From IMG/VR virus record IMGVR_UViG_3300030010_000003: DNA of 64,000 nt. The stretch is one strand, 5' to 3'. Source of the DNA: an uncultured virus (IMG/VR IMGVR_UViG_3300030010_000003) (lineage: Duplodnaviria > Heunggongvirae > Uroviricota > Caudoviricetes). The position numbers were made by a program, and so were the translations under genes. The notes beneath the pieces are model-generated. The model was not told where the DNA came from, did no database searches, and worked only from the letters and a program-made list of their open reading frames with translations. This document shows, piece by piece, positions 9,275 to 18,000 of the stretch. The stretch's first letter is position 1. Every line of letters begins with the position of its first letter.

Positions 9275-9834
9275 GCCCGTGCCTCCATCGTTGCCTTCAT
9301 GACCTTCTTGGTGATGCTCAGCCAGTTCGTGGCGTCATCATCGGTGTGGACCTTGCGGAGGAGAGCGAGGCATTGGGTGAGCTTGTGCGAGACCGCTTCA
9401 TCGAACTGGCGTTCCTCCCAGTTCGGGACCATTCTGGCGCACGCAACCTTGAGGGCTTCGGCCAAGTCTGCCGTGTCGACCACTGGCTTCTCGGACATCA
9501 GCGCGTCCCACTGATCCTGATAGTTGGGTGCTACGTACCCAGTCTCCTCCAGCAGGGCCTCCGCTGCATCTTCCTCGGAGATGTCCCTACTGGTGGAGAT
9601 GAGCTTGACCGGGTCGTAGTAGCCGCACCCAGCGAAGCAGAAGGCGCTGTTGGACTCGGCGTAGATCCGCATGGATTTCGACATTCCACCGTCCTGATGG
9701 AAGATCTCGCCGAAGGGGCAGTAGACCTTCATCGACGCGGCGGCGTAGTCGCTGACGTTCATCCCGATCATGTTGCAGGCCTTGGTGATCGAGACTCTCT
9801 CGTTGGCGATCCGGAGCAGCTCAGCTCTCTCCAC
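9271..9834 (-). CDS. Stand-alone DnaG-type CHC2 zinc-binding primase domain protein
   Basis: CPFGEIFH..SMRIY..FCFAGC..DPV; no TOPRIM domain. Confidence 0.75.
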   Translation of the reverse strand: MERAELLRIANERVSITKACNMIGMNVSDYAAASMKVYCPFGEIFHQDGGMSKSMRIYAESNSAFCFAGCGYYDPVKLISTSRDISEEDAAEALLEETGYVAPNYQDQWDALMSEKPVVDTADLAEALKVACARMVPNWEERQFDEAVSHKLTQCLALLRKVHTDDDATNWLSITKKVMKATMEARA

Positions 9835-10261
9835 GATGGTTCCTCAGCTTGAAGAACATCCCGAAGGTGTAGTGGGTGTTCTCAGCCTCGGTCTTCTTCA
9901 CCTCGGGTCGGCGGACGAAGGTCCCGCCCCGGCGCAGTGACCACCAGAAGTTGCCCTGCTCGATCACACCGGTCACCCGCAGGGCCCACAGCAGGAGCAT
10001 CATCTTCGGCTGGGACATGGGGGTGTCGATGTAGAGGTGACCGTGCCCACCGTTGGTGCTCGGCACGTAGTGGTGGGGGAAGTCGAGGTCGATGATCGGC
10101 GCGTGCTGGCGGGTGCCCAGCAGGTAGGAGGAGACCAGCTCCCCCTCTGGGTGAGGCTGACGATCCGCGTCCATGTCGTAGCGGATCAGGGAGAGGATCA
10201 TCGGCTCGTCGACCACGTTGAGCAGGTCCGCGTGCCAGTTGACCCGCTCCACGTCAGTCAT
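9821..10261 (-). CDS. Hypothetical protein with AEP/prim-pol-like motifs
   Basis: PIIDLD...STNGGHGHLY; ATG overlaps the upstream small gene. Confidence 0.5.
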   Translation of the reverse strand: MTDVERVNWHADLLNVVDEPMILSLIRYDMDADRQPHPEGELVSSYLLGTRQHAPIIDLDFPHHYVPSTNGGHGHLYIDTPMSQPKMMLLLWALRVTGVIEQGNFWWSLRRGGTFVRRPEVKKTEAENTHYTFGMFFKLRNHRGES

Positions 10262-10382
10262 CCAGTAGTCCCATCTTCTTGGCCAGCCATGCGAGTGGGA
10301 GCACGATGAAGAGGTACACCATGCCGTAGAGAATCGAGAAGATGGCCTCAAGGCCTCCCTCGCCGTCGTCGTAATCGCTCAT
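10254..10382 (-). CDS. 42-aa membrane peptide, probably leaderless (not in the ORF track)
   Basis: MSDYDDGEGGLEAIFSILYGMVYLFIVLPLAWLAKKMGLLDD; ATG is 3 nt after a middle promoter motif. Confidence 0.6.
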   Translation of the reverse strand: MSDYDDGEGGLEAIFSILYGMVYLFIVLPLAWLAKKMGLLDD

Positions 10383-10385
10383 ACC

Positions 10386-10397
10386 TATTGATACGCC
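10386..10397 (-). promoter_or_regulatory. Middle-class promoter motif variant GGCGTATCAATA
   Basis: 10/12 match, intergenic, ATG 3 nt downstream. Confidence 0.6.
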
Positions 10398-10402
10398 TCA
10401 GC

Positions 10403-11872
10403 TCAGGCGCTCAGCAGGCTTTCCATGGTGCCGTTGGTGGAGTAGTCGAGACCACCCGTACCGAGGGCTCCCAGCATCCGCTTGCTGCGGAAGTGACAGG
10501 TGGCGTAGTCGACCTCGACGATCATGCCGTTGGCCGTCTCGCCGTCCCGGTTCTTCAGGATCTGGAAGGTGACGTCGGCGTGCCGGTCGGTGTTGTCGGT
10601 GGGGGCCAGCAGGCTGACGATCACGTCGGAGGAGTTCGTCGCCTCAGCCGTCTCGGAGAGCGCGGCGGACGTGTACTGCCCGAGGTTCTCTGCGGCCTCC
10701 CTGTGCTGTCTGGAGACCTGCCACGGGGACACGAAGGCCACTCCCCGCCCGTTGTCGAAGGCGACCGACAGGAGCTTGGCGTTCTTCAGCACCTCGGCGT
10801 ACTCCTCCCGGGCCGTGGTGCGTCTGCGCTCGGCGATCAGCAGCGCGAGGTAGTCGGCGATGACCAGCTTGATGTTGAACTTCCGCTGGATCCGCAGCAG
10901 CCTCTGCTCGATGCTGGCGATGCCTGCCGCCCGAGGGACCTGCGCGATGTAGATCTTGCCGTAGGCGGGGTTCTTGGCGAGGTCGTCGATCACCCGGGGG
11001 AGGATGAGTTCCTGCTCATCCGTCAAGGTGCCTGCCTTCAGATCCCGGGTGTTAAGGCCCTCGGGTGTCTCGAAGATCGGCAGCTTGGAGTGGCGGGCGA
11101 TGATCTTGCGGCGGATCTGGGGACGCAGGGTCTCGGTGGTCAGGAAGACCACGTTCTGTCCCTGCTCCACGGCGGCGCTCCACGCGAGCTGGACGCACAG
11201 GGAGGACTTGCCGTCGCTGGAGTAGCCCGCGAGCAGCACCAGCTCTCCCGGCTGGAGCCCACCGATCTTGCGGTCCAGCTCGTCGATGCCGAACCGGATG
11301 CCGGAGGACACACCCTTGAGGCGCGCGTTCTTCCGCTCGGCGTAGTCGGCCTTCATCTCGGTGGCCTCGTCTGCGAGGTCCCCCTCCGGCGCGTCCTGCC
11401 GAACCAGCTCACGGTCGATTTCCTGAAACGATTCCAGCAGGCGAGCGCGGGCATCGTTGTGGCCCTGATAGGTCTGGTTGTCGATGGTCTTGCCTCGGCG
11501 CAGGATCTCCATGGCCTCAGTCAGGGCTTCGCCTGTGGTCTTGTCGGCAGCCAGCTCGCGCAGCTGCTGGAGGGACCACGCGAACTCAGAATCTTCTGTC
11601 GTGGTCTCCGACAGCATCTCGTAGGTCTCGGTGAACAGCTGAGCCTTGCCCGGCTCCATGCGGCCACGGAGGTTGTCGTCGAGGTACTTCAGCGGCATGA
11701 CCGCGCCCCCGGTGTAGTCCGAGAAGCGCATGAGCATGGTGAAGAGGTCGGCGTGGACCTTCTCCGGGAAGTGGGCTGGCGTCAGGTGGGCGACAGCCTT
11801 CTCCAGCAGATCGCGCCTGCCCGCCAAGATGGCCGAGAGGACGATCTGGGAGTGTTCAGAGGCTGATGCCAA
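10403..11872 (-). CDS. dnaB: DnaB-like replicative helicase
   Basis: GGLQPGELVLLAGYSSDGKS, VFLTTE, LVIADYLAL, QVSR, ILKNRDG. Confidence 0.92.
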   Translation of the reverse strand: MASASEHSQIVLSAILAGRRDLLEKAVAHLTPAHFPEKVHADLFTMLMRFSDYTGGAVMPLKYLDDNLRGRMEPGKAQLFTETYEMLSETTTEDSEFAWSLQQLRELAADKTTGEALTEAMEILRRGKTIDNQTYQGHNDARARLLESFQEIDRELVRQDAPEGDLADEATEMKADYAERKNARLKGVSSGIRFGIDELDRKIGGLQPGELVLLAGYSSDGKSSLCVQLAWSAAVEQGQNVVFLTTETLRPQIRRKIIARHSKLPIFETPEGLNTRDLKAGTLTDEQELILPRVIDDLAKNPAYGKIYIAQVPRAAGIASIEQRLLRIQRKFNIKLVIADYLALLIAERRRTTAREEYAEVLKNAKLLSVAFDNGRGVAFVSPWQVSRQHREAAENLGQYTSAALSETAEATNSSDVIVSLLAPTDNTDRHADVTFQILKNRDGETANGMIVEVDYATCHFRSKRMLGALGTGGLDYSTNGTMESLLSA

Positions 11873-12107
11873 CGGACTCTCCAAGCGTGAAGGCGCGCAT
11901 GACGGTGTCGTTTGTGAAAACGAACGACAGCCCGGAGGCGAAGGAGATCTTGGTCGTGGTCACGTGCTTCTCGATCTCCTTGACCATGCCCATGTCCTGC
12001 ACGATGTCCCCTGTGTCGAGGTCCCACGCGCGGGTCTGGACCCAGCGCCTGCCCGAGGTGTTGAGGCTGATGCTGGGACGGGAGAAGGGCTTGGGGATGT
12101 GAGCCAT
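11856..12107 (-). CDS. Hypothetical protein
   Basis: Tightly packed ORF with typical codon usage. Confidence 0.6.
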   Translation of the reverse strand: MAHIPKPFSRPSISLNTSGRRWVQTRAWDLDTGDIVQDMGMVKEIEKHVTTTKISFASGLSFVFTNDTVMRAFTLGESVGISL

Positions 12108-12108
12108 G

Positions 12109-12303
12109 TCAGTTCTCTTCAGGCTTGGGCCCGGTGAGGGCGGAGTAGTCGAGCAGGCACGCGCCGTACCCGAGGTCGAAGGCGTCGTCGGGAGTCATGC
12201 CGGTCAGCTGCTTCCGGTTCGGGTCCGCCTTCATGGCCGTCAGGTTGGCGTGCATCTGGATGACGGCATCGTCGGGGGACAGGTCGTACTGCGGATCGGT
12301 CAT
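12109..12303 (-). CDS. Hypothetical protein
   Basis: AAGGAG RBS; downstream of a promoter motif. Confidence 0.6.
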   Translation of the reverse strand: MTDPQYDLSPDDAVIQMHANLTAMKADPNRKQLTGMTPDDAFDLGYGACLLDYSALTGPKPEEN

Positions 12304-12324
12304 GGGGCTCCTTCGGGCTTCACT

Positions 12325-12336
12325 TACTGGTACGCC
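12325..12336 (-). promoter_or_regulatory. Middle-class promoter motif GGCGTACCAGTA
   Basis: Exact copy, upstream of the dnaB unit. Confidence 0.7.
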
Positions 12337-12360
12337 TGAGGAGGTCCCAGACGCAGGTGA

Positions 12361-13107
12361 TCAGGAGCGCGCAGTCTGGACCATGGCGGCGTGGATCAGC
12401 AGGATCTGCTGCTGGTGGGTGACCTTGACGGTGGACACGCTGGAGCCCAGCTCGGCGGCGATCTGGGGGAAGCTCATGCCCATGTAGTACCGCAGGACGA
12501 TGACCGACTTCTCGAACGACGGCATCCCCTCCATGACCTCGACCATGGCCTCCTGAAGCATGTGGGCTGCGACTGATCCCTCGGTGCCTCCCTCAGCTGG
12601 GGGAGCCATGTTGCCCCGGTCGCTGTCGCCTGCCATGTCGTCCAGTGAGACCGGGGGGCACTCGACTGCGTGGGTGATCGCACGGACCCGGTTGACGTCG
12701 ATCCCGAGGATCTCTGCGGTCTCCTCAGGGCTCCTGCCGGGGGCCAGCTCCTGCATGTCCTTGTAGATGGTGCGCTGCCTGCGGGGGACGTGGTCCAGCT
12801 GGCGCATCCAGTCCTGAATGGCTCCCCCGATGCGGCGCTTGGCGTACTGGCCGAACGTCAGTGCAACAGGGGGCAGCGCCACGTCCGGGTCGTTCTCCGG
12901 GACGATGTTGGGTTCGTACCTCTGGGCGGCGGTGATCAGCCCCTGATAGGCGATGGCCACGATCTCGTCGCGGTCCACTTCCGATGCGGCTCGTTTCCAG
13001 AAAGACATTGCAATGCTCTGGGCAAGGCCCACGTGGGTCCTGACCAACTCGCTCTGGTAGTCGGAGAGGGGGACGGGGGTGGCGGCGGTCATTGTCACTG
13101 CTTTCAT
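12361..13107 (-). CDS. FliA/WhiG-like sigma factor (sigma 2)
   Basis: ELVRTHVGLA, AYQGLITAAQRYEP, YAKRRIGGAIQDWMRQLDHVPR, VSLDD, VIVLRYYMGMSFPQIAAELG. Confidence 0.9.
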   Translation of the reverse strand: MKAVTMTAATPVPLSDYQSELVRTHVGLAQSIAMSFWKRAASEVDRDEIVAIAYQGLITAAQRYEPNIVPENDPDVALPPVALTFGQYAKRRIGGAIQDWMRQLDHVPRRQRTIYKDMQELAPGRSPEETAEILGIDVNRVRAITHAVECPPVSLDDMAGDSDRGNMAPPAEGGTEGSVAAHMLQEAMVEVMEGMPSFEKSVIVLRYYMGMSFPQIAAELGSSVSTVKVTHQQQILLIHAAMVQTARS

Positions 13108-14834
13108 CCGGAAATGAGCTGTAGAAGGGCCAAGGGTGAGAGGGCAGTGAACAGCTGGGAATCCTCGTCCCAGATGTGCGCGGCCAGCGCTGCTTCACGC
13201 TCCAGCAGGGGGAGGTACTTCTCCTCCTGCGTATTGATGGTCAGGAGGTTGTGCACGTAGACGTGCTGGAAGGCCGAGCCGTCGCGGCGAATACGTCCGG
13301 CCAACTGCTCCATTCTCGCTGGGTTCAAGATCATGTCAATGTTGACGAGGTGCCGGGAGACCTGAAGGTTCAGGGACTGCTCGATGGCCTTGGTGCCGAT
13401 CAGCACCTTGCACTTCGGGTCGGTCCAGAACCGCTCCTGTGAGGCTGCGCGCTTGACCTTGTCGTTCTCCTGCCCCCACACCGTGACGAAGCCCACACCC
13501 TCCTCCTTGAGCCGGATCTGGAGGGCCCTGACGGTGTTCTTCAGGTTGGCGAACACGACCACCTTCTCGCCGCGCTCGCTGAGCCCACCCTCGGTGAGCT
13601 GGTTGACCACCCAGTCGAGCTTGACGCTGGTCCCGGGGCCGTCCTCTTCCCCAAGCGCGGCGAGCCCTGCACAGATGGCCGCACCGTAGTGGATCTTGGC
13701 CAGCGCGTTGGGGCGCTTCACCTGCGTGCCCTCCTCGCGGATGATCTTCAGCACGCCCTTGCGCAGCTCGGTGTACTTGGCCCGCTGCACGGGGTAGAGG
13801 TCGAGCATGACGTCGTTGGGGATGATCGTGGGCAGGTCGACGTCGTCGAGGTCGGCGGCGGTGCGGCGGAGCACGAGCGGGGCGATCCGGGCCTTGACCG
13901 TACCGAGGTCCCGGTAGCCGACCACGACCTCCTTGCGGATGTCCTTGCCTGACTTCCGGTCGTACTCGGTGATGGTGGCCTTGCGGACGTGGCGGTGGAC
14001 GAAGGAGTCCATGCTGCCCAGCGCGAGGGTGCCCCCGATGCCGTCCAGCACCGCGTGCAGCTCGGGCAGGCGCTTCTGGAGGGGGGTGCCGGTCATGATG
14101 ACGTAGCGGTCGGTGCCGGGACGCAGGCCCTCGACCCCCCGGGCACCCATCCGGTCCAGCACGTAGGAGGTCTCGGTGGTGGGGTTGCGGAGGGCGTCGA
14201 TGTCGTCGGTGAGGAAGAGGGAGAGGTCGAAGTTCTCCAGCAGCTGGTAGTCGTTGCGCAGCATCTCAGGCCCGATCAGGAGGACCTGCCACGGCTGGAG
14301 GTAGAACTGGGTGCGCTGCTTGCGGGTGCCTTCGGAGACGAGGATGTTCAGGCTGGGCATCATCCGGAGAAGCTCGGTGCGCCACTGGTGGAGGGCGGGG
14401 GACCGGGGCACGATGATGACTCGACCCTTGCCACCGTGGGCGCTGGATCTGTCACGGAAGAGGGACAGCTCCCCGGTCTCGATCAGCATGGCGATCAGCC
14501 CGCCAGCCTCGGTGGTCTTGCCCGATCCCATGGTGTCAGCCAGCAGGGCGTGTTTCTTGAAATAGAGCCACGCCACCCCGATGTGCTGGTGCCTGCGGAA
14601 GTGGATCCCACAGTCCCGGCAGCCGGGCTTGGGCCGGTCGTAGACGGTGTGGGTCTTGACCTCACCGTCGGTGTCACGGATCTCCTCGACCCACCCGCGC
14701 GCATGGATGCGGCACAGGTCGTAGTTCCACACCTTCAGGGGCGGGAGCTTCCAGTTCACGGACTGGTGGATCCTCCACGCGAGCTGCTCACGGCGAGCTT
14801 CGGTGAAGTTCCGGACGTCAAAGTTGAGTGGCAA
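13104..14834 (-). CDS. SNF2-family helicase/translocase
   Basis: LLADTMGSGKT, MTGTPLQ, LRRT, GEKVVVFA, LNLQ, NPARMEQLAGRIRR; TTG start with AGGAGG RBS preferred (alternative GTG 14855). Confidence 0.9.
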   Translation of the reverse strand: MPLNFDVRNFTEARREQLAWRIHQSVNWKLPPLKVWNYDLCRIHARGWVEEIRDTDGEVKTHTVYDRPKPGCRDCGIHFRRHQHIGVAWLYFKKHALLADTMGSGKTTEAGGLIAMLIETGELSLFRDRSSAHGGKGRVIIVPRSPALHQWRTELLRMMPSLNILVSEGTRKQRTQFYLQPWQVLLIGPEMLRNDYQLLENFDLSLFLTDDIDALRNPTTETSYVLDRMGARGVEGLRPGTDRYVIMTGTPLQKRLPELHAVLDGIGGTLALGSMDSFVHRHVRKATITEYDRKSGKDIRKEVVVGYRDLGTVKARIAPLVLRRTAADLDDVDLPTIIPNDVMLDLYPVQRAKYTELRKGVLKIIREEGTQVKRPNALAKIHYGAAICAGLAALGEEDGPGTSVKLDWVVNQLTEGGLSERGEKVVVFANLKNTVRALQIRLKEEGVGFVTVWGQENDKVKRAASQERFWTDPKCKVLIGTKAIEQSLNLQVSRHLVNIDMILNPARMEQLAGRIRRDGSAFQHVYVHNLLTINTQEEKYLPLLEREAALAAHIWDEDSQLFTALSPLALLQLISG

Positions 14835-14852
14835 GGGATTATTCCTCCTGAC

Positions 14853-14864
14853 CACTTATACGCC
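14853..14864 (-). promoter_or_regulatory. Middle-class promoter motif variant GGCGTATAAGTG
   Basis: 9/12 match; the predicted +1 is the start of the AGGAGG RBS for SNF2. Confidence 0.5.
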
Positions 14865-15077
14865 GCTGAACTCCATGTCCTCAGAACGGGCGACAACTAC
14901 TGCCTGCTGGCTCCCGACGGTGGCCATCTCAATGGCATACGACGGGTCAGAGAGAAAAGCCGATACAGCAGCAGCCCACATGGGGCGGAGGCGTTCGAGC
15001 AAGGACTCTGGCACGGAGCAGATCGTATCAAGAAACCTACTACCTAGTGTCGTAGGTCACGCCCGGCGTGTCGCAAC

Positions 15078-18000
15078 TCAGGTCACTCCGGCCACACGCC
15101 GGATGAACTCGTACGACGAGACTCCCTTGATCCCACTCCCCCACGAGGAACAGTGCACCCCGACATGGGTGGGGGTGATCGCGCACGACACGGTGGTCCC
15201 GGGCACCCACGACACTCCATCAGGAGAGATGTCTGTCCGCCACGTAGTACCCCCAAGGAAGACCAGCCGCTCGTACAGCGGACCATGGGGGTACCCAACC
15301 GTTGTGGACTGCGCCCCGGCTACCTGATAGTTCGTCATCACTCGGGTATCCACGCTGAGGGCCCCATTGTTGGTGAACGACAGCGTGATGAGCTGGGTTC
15401 CAGCCCCCGATGTGACTCCGTCGGCGAGGACGAGTCCCCCCATGACGTAAGCGCCGTTAGAGCCGTTCAGGCTCAGGTGGGTCACGAACGCGTCTCCGGC
15501 GATCAGACTTCCCCCCACACCAGACAGGGGGCGCATCATGGCGTGCAGTTCGGAGGCTGCGTCCTCTCCGTTGTTGAACACAGACAGGACGTCAGCAGCC
15601 TCAGTCCAGACCGCTCGGGCGGTGCCTCCCGACTTGTCGACTCGCACCCACGCGGCGTCCAGTGAGGCGTTGTTGAACTCATCAAAGGACGTCCAGCCAA
15701 CCGGGACGTTCCAGCGGCGGTCGCCGATTCCAGCGGCTGGGGCAACCACGGGGGTCTCGGGATTCGACCCGGACAGTTCGCCTGTCCAGACAGTGACGTT
15801 GCGGATCCATCCGGTCTCCGTCCGCGAGTAGAGACCGACCCGCCCCGTGTTGACTGCTCCGGCAGCCGTGATCGTGACCTGATAGACGTGGTCGACGTAG
15901 ACGTCGAACAGAGTGGGGAGCACAACGGACTGGTAGACCGACAGGACGTAGTCGGTGTCCAGCGCGAGTGATGTCGCCATCGTGAACGTCGAGCCCCCGA
16001 CCCCGTACCTGTCCCACCAGATCTTGGACACTGCGCCTGCCCGCTGGAGACCGATACCCAGCCCGCCAGCTGCCCACGCTCCGGAGGAGTAGAACCCGAC
16101 GCCGAGCCCGGTCCCGTCGGCGGTGATCCGGACGGTGCACTGCACCGCACGGGCCTTGACCCCCAGATCGGTGTTGAACTCCAGCCAGCTGTCCTGCAAG
16201 GTTGAGGTCTGGTTCACGCCATACGCACCACCGGAGGTCCACGTGCCTGAGCGCGATGTCCACCCGGTGAGGTCGGCCATCCCGGACGCGTCCAGCCTCT
16301 TCGTCCAGACAGCCTTCATCCCATCGCTGCTGCCTCCGCTGCCACCTGAGGGGGTGACTGGCTCCCACTGGGTGCCGGTGTATCCCAGCACCTTTCCAGA
16401 AACAGCTCCAGCGGTGGCGACGTCGGTGAGGGAGTCAAGGGTGGATGCCCCACCACCTGTGGCGGTATCCCACTTCATCCCCGTAGCTGCGGTGGGGTCG
16501 GAGGTCAAGACCTTGCCCGCCGTAGCTGCCACAGGAAGCGTGGTGGCCCCCGGCATCGCTGCCGTGAAGACGATCTCCGGGATGGTCTGGTAGTTGTCGC
16601 CGTTGCTTGCACTGATGTAGATCCGGTAGTGGAGGTAGGCGGTCGTTGTGGTGACCGCGAAGGACTGGGTCTGTCCGATGAGCCACGTGATGCCGGTGTA
16701 GGTCGTCAGGTCCACCCACGTGGTGCCGTCGCTCGACCCCTGAATCATGAAGTCTCGGGGGCTGCGGTTGGCCGAGAAGGTGTAGATGCGGATCGAGACG
16801 GACACCACCTTGGCGATGGCGGAGAACTGAGCGGCGATCCACTGGGGCATCGCGTTGGTGCTGTGCCAGTAGGTGGCCGAGTTGCCGTCGAAAGCGTTGC
16901 TGGCCTGATTGGCTGGGTTGGCGTCAATGACTGTGGCTGCCGTGACTCCCACGACGGTCGGTGTGTACTGCGTCCCTGTGGCACTAGCTGTGACGAGGTC
17001 GCCAATGGCGACGGGCTGAACCACCGTGGCCGGAGCACCGACAACGGCCTTGCCGACGGAGACCCAGTCGGATGCGGTGCCCGGCATGACAGGGGACCCG
17101 TAGATCTTGAAGACTCCAGCGGAGCCGCCTGTGCGGGCTCCCGCAGCCGGTCGGAAGGTGGCTCCCATAGCGGCGTAGTTGCCGACCGTCCACGTCTTGA
17201 TCAGGAGACCCGCTGAGGAGTAGAGGCTGATCGAAGTGGCGGCGTACCGGATCTCCCAGACGTCGTCGTTGGTGTCGGACGCCAGCGCCATGGTGTCAGC
17301 CAGAACGACCCCTGCGACGTAGCACTTCAGGAGGTTGTTGAAGACGTCCCACACCACCCCGTAGAACGAGGGGAGGGCCTCCACGGTGGTCGCGACCGTG
17401 GCTGACTGGGTGGAGGAGACGATGCCGATGGCAAGGGCGTCCGCCACAGTAGTGGTGCTGCCTCGCCACTTCAGGGTCAGGGGGGTGGCGAATATGAAGG
17501 TCTCGTTGCTGATCACCGAGGCGACAGCACTGCCCGCGTTGTTGATCAGGGTGACCACATGGTTGGTGGTGTCCACCGATGCACAGTTGTTCCGAGTGAA
17601 GGCGGTGCCGTCGACCCCGGTGGTGGTGCTCGCCGAGCCGGAGTTCAACGGGTCGGTCATGTTCGAGGTGACACACAACCAGAGGATCCCGTTGCGGAGC
17701 ATGATCTGGCCGGGCAGGTACGTCTTGCCGGGGGTGTAGCCGTTCTCGTAGAACACCCCTCCGGATGTCCACAGGGCGTCCCCGTCGGTGACCGAGTTCT
17801 TCCGGAGGGCGTCTCCGACAGCGCCGCCTATGGGGAGTGCGCCTCCGCCCCCTGTCTGGGAGACAGGTACCCACTTGGTGCCGTTGAAGCCAAGCACCTT
17901 TCCGGAAACAACTCCGGAAGTGTCGACGTCGGTGGTGAGGCCAGCGAGGGCGGTGGTGCCTCCACCTGTCGGGGTGGTGGGCACCCACTTGGTGCCGTTG

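Noticed and set aside
11072..11082. 10/11 match to the late motif inside dnaB
   Set aside because: Mid-gene with no downstream start; likely chance
14856..15014. 52-aa minus-strand ORF upstream of SNF2
   Set aside because: No RBS or recognisable motif; possible but unsupported
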